Assembly: GCF_001194135.2 (NCBI RefSeq)
Contig: NC_068981.1
Span: 21,746,974-21,810,973, forward strand
Direction: 5' to 3'
DNA: 64,000 bases
Origin: Octopus bimaculoides
Lineage: Eukaryota
Positions 1 to 12,043 of the stretch are shown here, piece by piece. The notes below the pieces were generated by a model, which saw only the letters and a program-made list of their open reading frames with translations, made no database searches and was not told the DNA's origin. The position numbers and the translations under genes are program-made. How positions within the stretch are numbered: position 1 is the first letter of the stretch; every line of letters starts with the position of its first letter.

Positions 1-349
1 TTGTTAGGTCTACAATTCAGCCTTATTTGAGTGAATATAATATATATCAGCTGTACTTGGGATAAGGTTTCCAGGAAAGGAATGTTATTCCTTGAAAAGT
101 AATCCTTTAAAGCATCTTTTATTTATCAAGAATTCCTACTAATTAATTGGAAGTAGTTTACAAATTGTCTGACCATACTGACGCCAAAAAGATTCACTTT
201 ATGCTTAAGTAGACATGATGTGTGATGTTTGTGGTTTGTGAGGCTAGTAGCAGTGAAAGGCCAATGTATGTAATAGATATGGAAGAATTAGAACAGGAGA
301 AGAAAAGATGTTAAATTAAAACAGAACCAACTGTATCAGATTATGTAAG

Positions 350-1883
350 TGTTGTAGTGAAAATGATAAACCCTTTCCCAAGTGACAAAGTAGGAAAGAG
401 TGTACCGTAAAGTCAGGCATTCAGTCATTATAGGAAGTCAGTAGTAGTAGAGTATTGTACAAGTTTTTGGTTGGAGTCAGTGTCAGTTATGTGATATATA
501 TGAGTTCAAGTTACCATCAAGGTAGATGTTTCAAAGTCATTGTCTTGCAGAGCTATCAGCAATAGCATGATTGACGAGTCAAAGATAATGAGACACGGAA
601 TGCCGTCACAACATAATAGTGGTGGCAAGAATATTACAGTGCCGACAATAATATACAAGTGGATGAGGATTCACATTATGACAGTGGTGATGAGAATATA
701 AATAATTCAAGTGGGCAACATGCAAAAAAATTTTTTTCACAAGAAAATAATTCATGCGGACGACGTTGAAATATTTTTCATGTGGAGAAATTAAAATCCC
801 AACAGAGGAGTAACAAACATATTTGTTGTATGTATTTTACGAAAAATCCGTAAAATTATGGCAAATTTGTTAGAGGGTTTAGATGAGTTACAAACCAGCT
901 ACAAGAACAACTCAAAGAACAACAAGAACAACAAATGTTACAGCAACAAATGCTATAACTAAAGAAATTGGTAACAAAACCAGAAAATATGTTTTCGCCA
1001 GACCATGTAACAAATTCAATAAGTGAATTTAAATATGACCCAGAAGAAGGAATCACTTTTGAGGCATTTTACCAAACATCTGAACAGATTTTTGAAAAAG
1101 AATGCCAAGATTGAATGGATGAAATGAAATAAAAATGGAAAGCTGTACTGGGAAGAAGGCAAAATTACAAAGTACAAAATTACAAAGTACAAAATTACAA
1201 AGTACAAAATTACAAAGTACAGAGGAAAGTGATGTATGTAATTAAAAGCAGAAAAGGTACTGAAAAAAAGACACAGAAACCAGTTGAAGAAGAGATTCAT
1301 AGAAAATGAACCAGAGAGATTGGAAGAACCTGTGGAATGGCTGTATGACACATTCCAAGTACCAACAACATTATAGGTGGTTGAACCCACGTGTACAAGT
1401 GGAAGAAAAAGGAAAAACACTAAGTTCCTACAAATAGATATCAAAAAGAAAAAATATTAAGTTGAAAAAAACACACACTTAAAAGAGAGGAGGATTGAAT
1501 AAAGTAAAATAAATTTCTTGCTTCTCAAAGAAAAAAAAAAGATTGAAAGGGGAGATGTTGTAGTGAAAATGGTACACCCTTTCCCACGTGTCAAAGTGGT
1601 ATGACAGGCCACTATGAAGTCAGACAGTCAGTTGTTGTAGGAGGTCAGTAGTAGTAGTGTCATTGTACGAGTTCTCAGGTGGAGTGAGTGTCAGTTAAAT
1701 GATATACACAAGTTCAAGTTACCATCAAGTTAGACGTTTCAAGGTCATTGTCTTGTGGAGCTATCAGCAATAACATACTTGGTGAGTTGATGATAATAAG
1801 AAGCGGAATACTGCCACAACATAACAGTGGTGACAAGAATATTACAGTGCCAACAACAGTTGACGAGGATTCACATTATAACA
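350..1883 (+). mobile_element. Internally deleted Ty3/Gypsy LTR retrotransposon (non-autonomous)
   Basis: Diverged direct LTRs at 350-683 and 1556-1883, both TG...CA. PBS-like tggtgatgag follows the 5' LTR and PPT aaaggggaga precedes the 3' LTR. Flanks are gtaag and gttag (5-bp TSD, 1 mismatch). Internal remnants read as gag (FSPDHVTNSISEFKYDPEEGITFEAFY) and pol C-terminus (KRHRNQLKKRF...EEPVEWLYDTFQVP), with stops. Confidence 0.85.
1161..1220. repeat. Perfect 15-bp tandem repeat x4 (aaaattacaaagtac)
   Basis: Four exact consecutive copies. Confidence 0.95.
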
Positions 1884-2080
1884 GTTAGAGTATATGAACA
1901 CATTTCAACTTGGCTGCAAATACTAGGGAATGGTTAAATCTATTTTGGCTATTTAATAAACCACAAATGTATAGTGAAACACTCATATGATTATAAACAT
2001 TGTGGTCTAAGTTGTGTCTTGCACTTTAAGCAGTCATAATTAAGATGGTGTAGTTAAGAAGTTTGCTTCACAATTATGTA

Positions 2081-2307
2081 TTGGGTTGTCAGAAACATTT
2101 GTTCATTTTTTTATTTCCTGTTTGGCATTCCATCGTCGTATGCCTGAAAAGAGGTAAAATTTATTTGAATTTCAAAAACGATAAACAAAAGTTGTAAAGA
2201 AAGCATAGAGCTACAGAAGAAAAAGAGATAAAAACCATAAAAAACTATGATAAAAAATATTTTGGCAAATATTAAAGTAAATGGGAAAACGTTATTTGAT
2301 AACCTAA
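2081..2307. mobile_element. Mariner-type MITE
   Basis: Imperfect TIRs ttgggttgtcagaaa and tttgataacctaa, each flanked by TA. Confidence 0.65.
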
Positions 2308-3374
2308 TACTATCCCAGAAGCATAAACGATTTACAAAGCCCAGACTTCTACATTTTTCTCATGCTGCATAATATTTTCTGGGCAATTGTTTTTCTGGTC
2401 TTGAGGTTCCTTAACAAGGATAAGATCCAGGCACCAAGCTAACAGAATGTCTTTCTGCTTCTGTTGCTCAAGACTGTTTTGAGGTTGTTGGTGTTGAAGA
2501 TCAGGACTTTGATATTCTTGTTTCACTTTGAGTAGTGATAACAGAAAAATGTTATTGAGAAGTAAAGAGATATGAAATGTAAACTTGAGATACATGTTCA
2601 GAAATGATGACAGTTATATAAACAACTAATGTAAATGGTTGTATAGTTTATGTGTGTAAGGAAACTGATAGCAGTGTAAAGTTTAGTGGTTAGAAATACA
2701 AAAATACACCACATTTAAGAGAAGTTTACATTCAATTCTGCATTAACTTTGCCAGCTACCAAACATAAAAAAAAGAAAGGAAGCAGACAGAAACTAAACA
2801 CTACATTCTAAGCAAATGCTTTTATAATCATACAGTGAACCAATTACAGGTCCATTGCAACAATGCTATATTTTTCACAAATGCTTGACACAAATAAGAA
2901 AAATCTTAAAATGCATTCTTACTGTATAACATTTCCCCTCTCCCTTTTTCTTCCTTATGTCATCTTGTTCTTCAGTCATAACCACAAGCTTTAACCAAAG
3001 ATGGAATATTGACAGAACTGAGAATTGTAGATAGAGTCAGTTTTAGTGAAGGTAAACTTGTACAGTTAAAACCTGATTGTTGCTGTTATCACTATTATTG
3101 TTTAACCTGTAAAAGGTTGATAGTAACATTGGGACATTAGTCTCAATCTATCACCTTTCAACAAAAATAGATCTTAGGAAACAGTAGAACGATTAACAAC
3201 ATAATAAAATATAGTTTTATTTTGGTGATGCTTGGCTTTACAAAACCTGTGTCATTCATCCTGGTAGCCGCTGGTTAACTTGTAATCAGCATCTGGAGAT
3301 TAAAAGTTTCGTTGAGGCATCTGAGAGGAGCAAGTTGTTGTTACATCGAAGGCATCATGCTAAGGAGACTTAGA

Positions 3375-3510
3375 AAATGCGCGAAGCACTTTAAGTACTG
3401 GTTTACTACGCATGTGCACTCAAGGGACTTCCGGGAAGGCAAGTCCCTTGCACATGTGTAGATTGTACTTCCTTAATGGCGGCCATAATTTCGCGCCACT
3501 ACAAACCCTT
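3375..3510. promoter_or_regulatory. Candidate housekeeping-type (possibly bidirectional) promoter
   Basis: Local CpG enrichment with NRF1-like cgcatgtgca, ETS cttccgggaag, YY1 aatggcggccat, E2F tttcgcgcc and ACTACAA motifs clustered within about 130 bp. Confidence 0.5.
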
Positions 3511-3519
3511 ATACATTAG

Positions 3520-3857
3520 ATGCATGGCTCAGTAGTTACAGCATTGAGCTCACAATCATGAGGTAGTAAGTTTGATTCCTGGACCAGGCTGTGTGTTGTG
3601 TTCTTGAGCAAGACACTTCATTTTATGTTGTTCCAGTTCACTCAGCTGTAGAAATGAGCTGCAACATCACTAGTGCCAAGCTTTATCAGCATTTGTCTTT
3701 CACTTGGAAAACATTGGTGGCATGGATAGGAGAGGCTGGTATGCATGGATGACTGCTGGTCTTTCGCAAACAACCTTGTCCAGACTTGCACCTCAGAGGG
3801 TAATTTTCTAGGTGCAATCCCATGGTCATTCATGACTGAAAGAGGTCTTTACCTTTT
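3520..3857 (+). mobile_element. tRNA-head SINE, family A (core ttgagcaagacactt)
   Basis: A-box/B-box-like head gcatggctcagtagtta...gtttgattcct. Related copies at about 15170-15390 (-), 18973-19225 (+), 31318-31530 (+) and 55180-55500 (+). Confidence 0.75.
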
Positions 3858-4584
3858 ACAATAGACTAAATCAAATGTAATCCAGTTGTGACAATTTCAT
3901 TTTTTCTGAGATATCTAGGGCTACATAATCTATGTGTCCTCTTAATTTAGATAGTAGGGTGGATTTGAAGGATATTTTGCTGCTATTTCTAGCAGGTTCA
4001 GTGACCTTGTAATGAACCCTTGTTGACTATAGTCCTACCTGGTAATTCTTCTAACTGGTAGGTCTAAACAGAGGTTCTATGTTCGACATAAGTCTAACTA
4101 GATAATCTAACAAGTGTCTCTGTAGGTTGTTGTTATTTAGTCGTAGGTCAAATCTGATTGAACAAACTTATAGATCAACTCCAGCCATGACCCTCCTATA
4201 GAAGCTACCCTGTTGGTTCAGTAGTGTTTAATCGGTAACTAGTGTCTTACTAGGATCATGAGATTGTGTCAACGGGAAATTATTTCTGTCACATCATGGA
4301 ATTTGAAATGAAAATTAGTTCCATTACGACATTCTGTCCATAATGGCTGCAGATTAACTGACATAATGACGCAATTTATAGCCCTGTGATATATCAGAAT
4401 TATTGCAGGAAGAGGGAAGAGGGATGAGTTGAAAGAGGCGTGGGGTTAAAGAGGACAGAGAAGAGAGGAAAGATACAAGCTGGAGTGTTATTTTTTTTGT
4501 GTATTTTCTTATATATTTAGAAATATTATTATTTCTAAATCTCTCAGAACAAGACATTCAGTAACAATTCTTTAAAGGAAAAGA

Positions 4585-4801
4585 TAATTGCCAACATAAT
4601 ATGGCTGTCCTGGAAAGGACATTGTTACTATTCATTAGCCCCAAGAAACATCGTTTCTAACTGGCTGTACGACACATTATCTGTGTCCTTATATTTTTGA
4701 ACAGGGAATTCAGCATCCCCACCTTGCATAAAACAACATCTGTGGACTAGTTTCAGGGTAACAATGTCCCTTCCAGGACAGCCATATTAAATTGACAATT
4801 A
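4585..4801. mobile_element. MITE with long (about 44 bp) terminal inverted repeats
   Basis: taattgccaacataatatggctgtcctggaaaggacattgttac versus gtaacaatgtcccttccaggacagccatattaaattgacaatta. Confidence 0.75.
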
Positions 4802-5104
4802 GCTCTTATTTCAGCATTCATTTAGTCTCCCCTCTTTCACTGACAGTTCCTCCATTCTGCTGAATGGATAGTAAATAGCTTCAGAGCTTTTGAAAGTTTG
4901 GAAAAATTTGAATACTACTTACAAACTGAGAGATAGAAGGAATGGAGGGAGTAACAACACATGCACAACTTTTATAAAATGTGTGCGTGTGTGTGCAGGT
5001 ACACATGCATGCACACTCACACACACATACGCATACACACACACACAAATATATGCAAATATATATACAGATGTGTGCATACATGCATAAACATAAATAT
5101 TTAC

Positions 5105-5400
5105 ACACTGACATGGTTGTATGGTAAAGAGCTTGCTTCCCAACCACATGGTTCCAGGTTCAGTCCCACTGCATGGCACCTTAGGAAAGTGTCTTCTACT
5201 ATAGTCTTGGGCCTTAAGGTCATAGGCATGGCTTTAGGTACTGACATGGCTGTGTGGTAAGAAGTTTCCTTCCAAAATAAATGGTTTTGGGTTCAGTTCC
5301 CTGCATGGCACCTTGGGAAAATGTCTACTACTATAACCCTGTGCCAACTAAAGCCTTGTGAGTGAATTTGTAGACTGAGACTGAAATAAACCAGTATATA
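5105..5400 (+). mobile_element. Two tandem partial copies of SINE family B
   Basis: The head tggtaagaagcttgcttcccaaccacatggttcc...cttgggcaagtgtcttctactatag appears twice before the gap. Confidence 0.75.
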
Positions 5401-6878
5401 TATATATATATATNNNNNNNNNNNNNNNNNNNNNNNNNNNNNNNNNNNNNNNNNNNNNNNNNNNNNNNNNNNNNNNNNNNNNNNNNNNNNNNNNNNNNNN
5501 NNNNNNNNNNNNNNNNNNNNNNNNNNNNNNNNNNNNNNNNNNNNNNNNNNNNNNNNNNNNNNNNNNNNNNNNNNNNNNNNNNNNNNNNNNNNNNNNNNNN
5601 NNNNNNNNNNNNNNNNNNNNNNNNNNNNNNNNNNNNNNNNNNNNNNNNNNNNNNNNNNNNNNNNNNNNNNNNNNNNNNNNNNNNNNNNNNNNNNNNNNNN
5701 NNNNNNNNNNNNNNNNNNNNNNNNNNNNNNNNNNNNNNNNNNNNNNNNNNNNNNNNNNNNNNNNNNNNNNNNNNNNNNNNNNNNNNNNNNNNNNNNNNNN
5801 NNNNNNNNNNNNNNNNNNNNNNNNNNNNNNNNNNNNNNNNNNNNNNNNNNNNNNNNNNNNNNNNNNNNNNNNNNNNNNNNNNNNNNNNNNNNNNNNNNNN
5901 NNNNNNNNNNNNNNNNNNNNNNNNNNNNNNNNNNNNNNNNNNNNNNNNNNNNNNNTCGATCTATTTTATTGAGGGTGAGCACTGCCTACCTTGCCTATCC
6001 AGGTAGCACCTCCCTGCTAGAATTGTCTCCCATACTTGCTGAAATAATTTAGTAATATCGATTTATAATTTTAGCACAAAAGCATTTGTTTTGAGAGGTA
6101 AATGTCTAATAGATTTTTCTTTCCTCCTTTCCATAACTATTTTTCCCCGTTTATGACAACATACAATATGTTAACAATAACTTAGCTCTTGTTTGTTTGT
6201 ATATTCATGCAGGTGGTGTCTATGCATAATTTTTTCTCTCAAACAACTCTAAATTATTGGTTTAATTAGGGATTATGCAGACAATAGGCCATTCTGATGG
6301 TCTGGAGTAACAGGTCATTTAGCATCCTTCCCACTCCCTCCCTCCCCCCTCTCTCTCTGTCACACACACACACTTTCTCTTGCCATACTCCTATCTTCCT
6401 TAACTCTTTCCCCAACCCCCACCACCCTTCGTACTCCCGTTTTTTTCACACATCACTCTATTTCTGATAACACCACCAACACCAGCAGAGCACCACCACC
6501 TCCTCCTTCTCCTCCTCCTCCACCACCACCACCACCACCACCACTAGCATCACTACCACCACTACAACTAGCATCACCATCACCACAACTAACACACCAC
6601 CACCATCACCAACATCACTGTTACCACATCTGACACCATCACAACCATCACCATCACCACTATGGCACACTACCTCTCACACCACCATTCCACCATCACC
6701 ATTCCATCACCACCACCACCACAACCAACCAATGACTAATTCCATTATCACAATTGCCACCATAACTGACTCCATCACTACCACCACCACCACCATCATC
6801 CTTCCTATACTATGTTAAGCTGCACAGTAACGTCAGTCATTTATTGACTCTAGAAAAATTTAATTTTCATCTCAAAAA

Positions 6879-6921
<43 letters not shown>

Positions 6922-7548
6922 CCCTTACTGTCTGTTTATCTTTCTGTCTCTCTCTCACTCTCTCTCTCACTCTCTTTCCTACTCCTGTTTTTATCTGTGA
7001 CCCATGCCTGCTTTATTGTAAAGACAAGAGAAGGTCATCTGCTATGACTCACCCTTGTCTTTACAAGTTGATCCCCTCTTATTTTTACTGCTGAGCTACT
7101 CTTCTCTTTTACTGCTGAGTCATGCCTAGTTTTACTGGTGATCCATTCTTATTTTTAATGTTGAGCCACTTCTCTTTTTAAAGCTGAACTACTCCTCCTT
7201 CTCCTGACATGCCAGTCCTGATTTTACTAGAAACCCATTCGTCCCCTGCATCCCTCTTCAGCTGAGTGATCCTAATCTTGCAGGCTTGCAGGTGCTGGTG
7301 CCATGTAAAAAGCACCTATGCTGGTGCTTCATAAAAGCACCCATGCCAGCACTGTGTAATAGCACCCAGTACACTCTGTAAAGTAGTTGGTGTTAGGAAG
7401 GGCATCCAGCCATAGAAACCATGCGAATATAGATATAGAACTTGGGCAGTTCTCCCATTGGCCAGCTCCTGTCAAAAAGTTCAACCCATGCCAGCATGGG
7501 AAACAGCTGTTAAATGACGATGATGAGGATGATAGATATACATATATA

Positions 7549-8780
7549 TTGGGTCATCCCATAAATAATGCGGTTTTTTATACTTCTTTTATTTTTCAAA
7601 ATTACTCTTCTTCATTTTCTACAATGCTCTTCCATCTATCTGGTAGACTTGCAAGGATCCTCTTCCAAAATTTTCTTGTCTATGATGAAAAATACTCCTC
7701 CAGCACTGTTCTAACTTTGGCTACAGAATTCATATTTTCCCCGTCCAAATGATTTTGAAGACTGCAGAATAAATGAAACTCAGATGGGGCAATGTCCAGA
7801 AAATATGGTGAGTGGGGAATCGTTTCCCATTCAAACTGCTCCAGCCTTTGGAATGTCATGCTCACTGTATGTGGCTGAGCATTATCCTGATGGAAGAACA
7901 ACTTTCGTCTTGAAACCAAAGGTGATTGTTTTTTTTCTAGTGCTGACTTAAGCCACTCAGGCTGCTCACAGTAGATCTCCTTTGTTATCATTTGGTTTGG
8001 GTTTTAAAAGTTCAAAGTGGACTAAACCTTTCATATCCCACCAAACAGATAACAATACCTTATGTGAGTGAAGACCTTCTTTAACCTGGGGTGCCGATGT
8101 TTCTCCTTTCCCTACCCACTATCTTCAGCACTTGACATTTTTATAGAGAACCCATTTCTTGTCATCAGTCACTATTCTGTCCAAAAAAGGTTCATTTGTG
8201 AGACGTGGTAGCAAAGAAGAGCACACATTCACTCTCCGCATGTGATTAGACTTGGAAAGTTTGTGAGGAACCCATTGTCCCAATTTGCTGACTTTTCTGA
8301 CGGCACACAGGTATTGATGAATGGTTGAATGACCAAATCCAAGCTTCTTTGCTAGTTCCTTAACAGTTACAATGGGATTTTGTTCCACTAGCATTTACAG
8401 GATGTCCTTGTCAAGCTCTACAGATCTTCCAGGATGAGGCTTGTCTTCAAGGCTCAGAATTTCTGGAACAACTGTTGACACTGGCTTACATTTATTGTCC
8501 GATCCCCCTATACTGCATTAACATTCCTTGCACTTTTCTTTGTTGCCTCTATTGAACTCATAAAGCAAAAAAGGGCAAATATGCTCGTTTGTCACTTCCA
8601 TTATAGCTTTGAAAAACTGTTACAATCGAACTGCACTCTTCAAAACTTGCACTAAGAATGAGTACAAGGTAAAATTACTACCTGCTATTATAGCAACTTG
8701 AAGCAGGTAGTTCATCCCATTCCCCTTCAACTTTTAATTCATGCAATTGAAAAAACTGCATTATTCATGGGATGAGTCAA
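7549..8780 (-). mobile_element. Near-full-length mariner transposon, inactive
   Basis: 30-bp TIRs (ttgggtcatcccataaataatgcggttttt and its inverse, 26/30 match) with TA flanks; 1232 bp. Confidence 0.92.
7595..8601 (-). pseudogene. Mariner (DD34D-type) transposase pseudogene
   Basis: Fragments MEVTNEHICPFLLYEFNRGN, FLDRIVTDDKKWVLY, FHQDNAQPH and HSPYFLDIAPSEFHLF, with frameshifts and mutated catalytic motifs. Confidence 0.88.
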
Positions 8781-8782
8781 TA

Positions 8783-8877
<95 letters not shown>

Positions 8878-9431
8878 GTGTNNNNNNNNNNNNNNNNNNN
8901 NNNNNNNNNNNNNNNNNNNNNNNNNNNNNNNNNNNNNNNNNNNNNNNNNNNNNNNNNNNNNNNNNNNNNNNNNNNNNNNNNNNNNNNNNNNNNNNNNNNN
9001 NNNNNNNNNNNNNNNNNNNNNNNNNNNNNNNNNNNNNNNNNNNNNNNNNNNNNNNNNNNNNNNNNNNNNNNNNNNNNNNNNNNNNNNNNNNNNNNNNNNN
9101 NNNNNNNNNNNNNNNNNNNNNNNNNNNNNNNNNNNNNNNNNNNNNNNNNNNNNNNNNNNNNNNNNNNNNNNNNNNNNNNNNNNNNNNNNNNNNNNNNNNN
9201 NNNNNNNNNNNNNNNNNNNNNNNNNNNNNNNNNNNNNNNNNNNNNNNNNNNNNNNNNNNNNNNNNNNNNNNNNNNNNNNNNNNNNNNNNNNNNNNNNNNN
9301 NNNNNNNNNNNNNNNNNNNNNNNNNNNNNNNNNNNNNNNNNNNNNNNNNNNNNNNNNNNNNNNNNNNNNNNNNNNNNNNNNNNNNNNNNNNNNNNNNNNN
9401 NNNNNNNNNNNNNNNNNNNNNNNNNNNNNNN

Positions 9432-9473
<42 letters not shown>

Positions 9474-10957
9474 GGGGTATATACATTTAATAAATACTAT
9501 AAACATGATTCCAAGCTTTTTTTTTGTCTATTAAATATGTATATTATTTCTCTAATCTTTTTCCCACACACCAGAACAGCCTAATTCCATTACAACAAGT
9601 ATTCTTTTATCTGTCTTCTGTATTCCCCACTCCTTATATTTTAGGGTAATTATCAGTTATCTTTATAACAACAACCAATCTTTGACCCTTCCATAACTGG
9701 AAAAAAATGATAAACTATTTTTTTCAACTGAAGAATTTTCTTCATTTCCTTAAAGTTAATTTTACCCCAATGCCGCCTTCATAGAATCTGGTCTTGCTAA
9801 TAAATGTTACTGGTAATCAAGTTACTTCATTGAAGCTTCAGAGAGTTGCAATTTTTTTTCTTTTTTTTTAATTAACTTGTGGAATTATAGCAAAGATATA
9901 GATTTATAGAGACCTTCCTGTATCAAGAAGGAGCAGACATAATAATGATTTATAACTGGCTGTCAGGTTGGATGGGGTTAATGGTTGGGGGAAGAGTGAG
10001 TTGGGAAGAAAGGAAGGGATGTAGAGGAATGTGATCCAGGGTAGAAAAGGAAAGGAAATTATTACAATGGTGAAGGTGGTGGTGGTGTAGGAGGCGCTAT
10101 GTGGTAAGCAGTGTACATAAGTTTTGATGGAGGTTAACAGCATCAGTGGCTGACAAAGGAAGGGACATAGCTCCTGTGACTGGAGTCAGGACTTGCAGAA
10201 TTGCTACATCTGGTGGAAGATCTGTTGGTTGTGAGGAGGGGGAGGTAATTAGTGTGTGTGTCAATGTGTGAATGTTTGCATGTATATATGTGTGTGTGTG
10301 TGCGTGTGTGTGTGCACGCGCGCACATAGACACATATACACACATGGCACATTAAGTGTCTTCTACTTTAACCCTCAGTAAATTTGATAGATGGAATCTG
10401 AAAGAAATACATATGTATTTATGTGTGTGTGTCTCTTGTCCCTTTGTGTCTGTGTTTGACCTCCATCTCTGCTTGAAAACTGGTATAGGGGTGTTTACAT
10501 CCTTGGTGTGTTTTGTGATTTGGCAAAAGAGACCAATAGAATAAGTATCCAATATTAAAAAAAGTATACTGGGGTTGATTCATGCAACTAAAGTTCCCTG
10601 AAGCAGAGCCCCAGCATGGCCACAGGGCCTCACGGAGGCAATGGCCACAGGGCCTCACGGAGGCAATGGCCACAGGGCCTCACGGAGGCAATGACCAAGA
10701 CCTTTGGTATTGTGTTGTACTTGAGAAAAAGACCCATCAAATCGAGCAAAATCACAGTCATGGCAGATGCCAGTGTCATGCAAATGGCACCCATGCCTGT
10801 GGCACGTGAAAGTACCCATTACACTCTTGGAGTGGTTGGCATTAGGAAGGGCATCCAGCTGTAAAAAAACAATGCCAAATCAGACTGGAGTCTGGTGAAG
10901 CCTTCCAGTGTGCCAGCCCAGTCAAACCTTCCAACCCATACCAACATGGACAACAGA

Positions 10958-10998
<41 letters not shown>

Positions 10999-11274
10999 NN
11001 NNNNNNNNNNNNNNNNNNNNNNNNNNNNNNNNNNNNNNNNNNNNNNNNNNNNNNNNNNNNNNNNNNNNNNNNNNNNNNNNNNNNNNNNNNNNNNNNNNNN
11101 NNNNNNNNNNNNNNNNNNNNNNNNNNNNNNNNNNNNNNNNNNNNNNNNNNNNNNNNNNNNNNNNNNNNNNNNNNNNNNNGAGAGAGAGGTGGTGGTGGTG
11201 GTGGTGGTGGTGGTGGTGACTGCATAGTGAAAAGTAATTTTTTTTTAATTGAGCTGAGTTTTTTACATCATCTA

Positions 11275-12043
11275 TCACTTAATGCATACACATCTCAAAC
11301 TTGCCACTCACTTTAGAAAGAAACCAGTTCCCCATTCGCCTGTCATATGCAATGACTATCAATAAATCACAAGGGCAGACATTTGATAAAGCGACGCTGT
11401 TCTTGCCTGAACTTGTATTCGGCCATAAGCAGCTATATGTTGCATTCTGAAGGGCTCACAAATTATCTGATGTGAGAATTAAAGTTATCAACACAGAAAA
11501 GAAGAGGGAGAACTTACATGAAGAACATAGTCTGCAAAGAAGTATTGGATTGAAAGGTGTACGCAAATTGATATGTGTATTGGATCTGATCCATCATCTT
11601 GGCTTATAAGTTACCAACGATGTGGTTTTCAGAGTATGCCATGTTGCATTAAATTTTTACCCCCACAAAATTGTGTCCCCCTATATTTCACATACATAAT
11701 TTTTTTACTATAAAATTTTTGTTTTCTAGATATGAAATTGTGACCATGTAAATTTTAAAATGTAATTTTTTTCTGTTTATGGGAAAAATGGAAAAATAAG
11801 AGTGAATATCTATTTTAAGTGCTGTGTATTAAGTCTATAAAATTGTGCATAAAGTATATAAAGTATATACATAAAGTGCATTGTATTCCAATTTCTTTCA
11901 CTTTTCAATGAATAGCCAATGTGTGTCTATCTTTTGATACAGACACAACACACGCTATGCTTTCAGACTTTTTGGATAAAGTTTTCAGGAATAACCTAAT
12001 AGGTTTACTATTAATTCTGTGAAATATTCACAGGTTCCACTAG
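11275..12043 (+). mobile_element. Helitron 3' fragment with PIF1-helicase C-terminus
   Basis: Hand translation LPLTLERNQFPIRLSYAMTINKSQGQTFDKATLFLPELVFGHKQLYVAF*R, then after a frameshift TYMKNIVCKEVLD*. Subterminal hairpin ctgtgaa-ata-ttcacag at 12017-12033 and CTAG|T end at 12040-12044. Confidence 0.85.

Noticed and set aside
8741-9584. Long ORFs spanning N runs (also 5293-5982, 40110-41100, 52895-53675)
   Set aside because: Their length comes from unknown bases and from (TA)n, (GA)n or (CA)n repeats.
10616-10690. 25-bp x3 and 42-bp x4 (27918-28092) repeats as CRISPR-like arrays
   Set aside because: There are no spacers and both lie within retroposon sequence.
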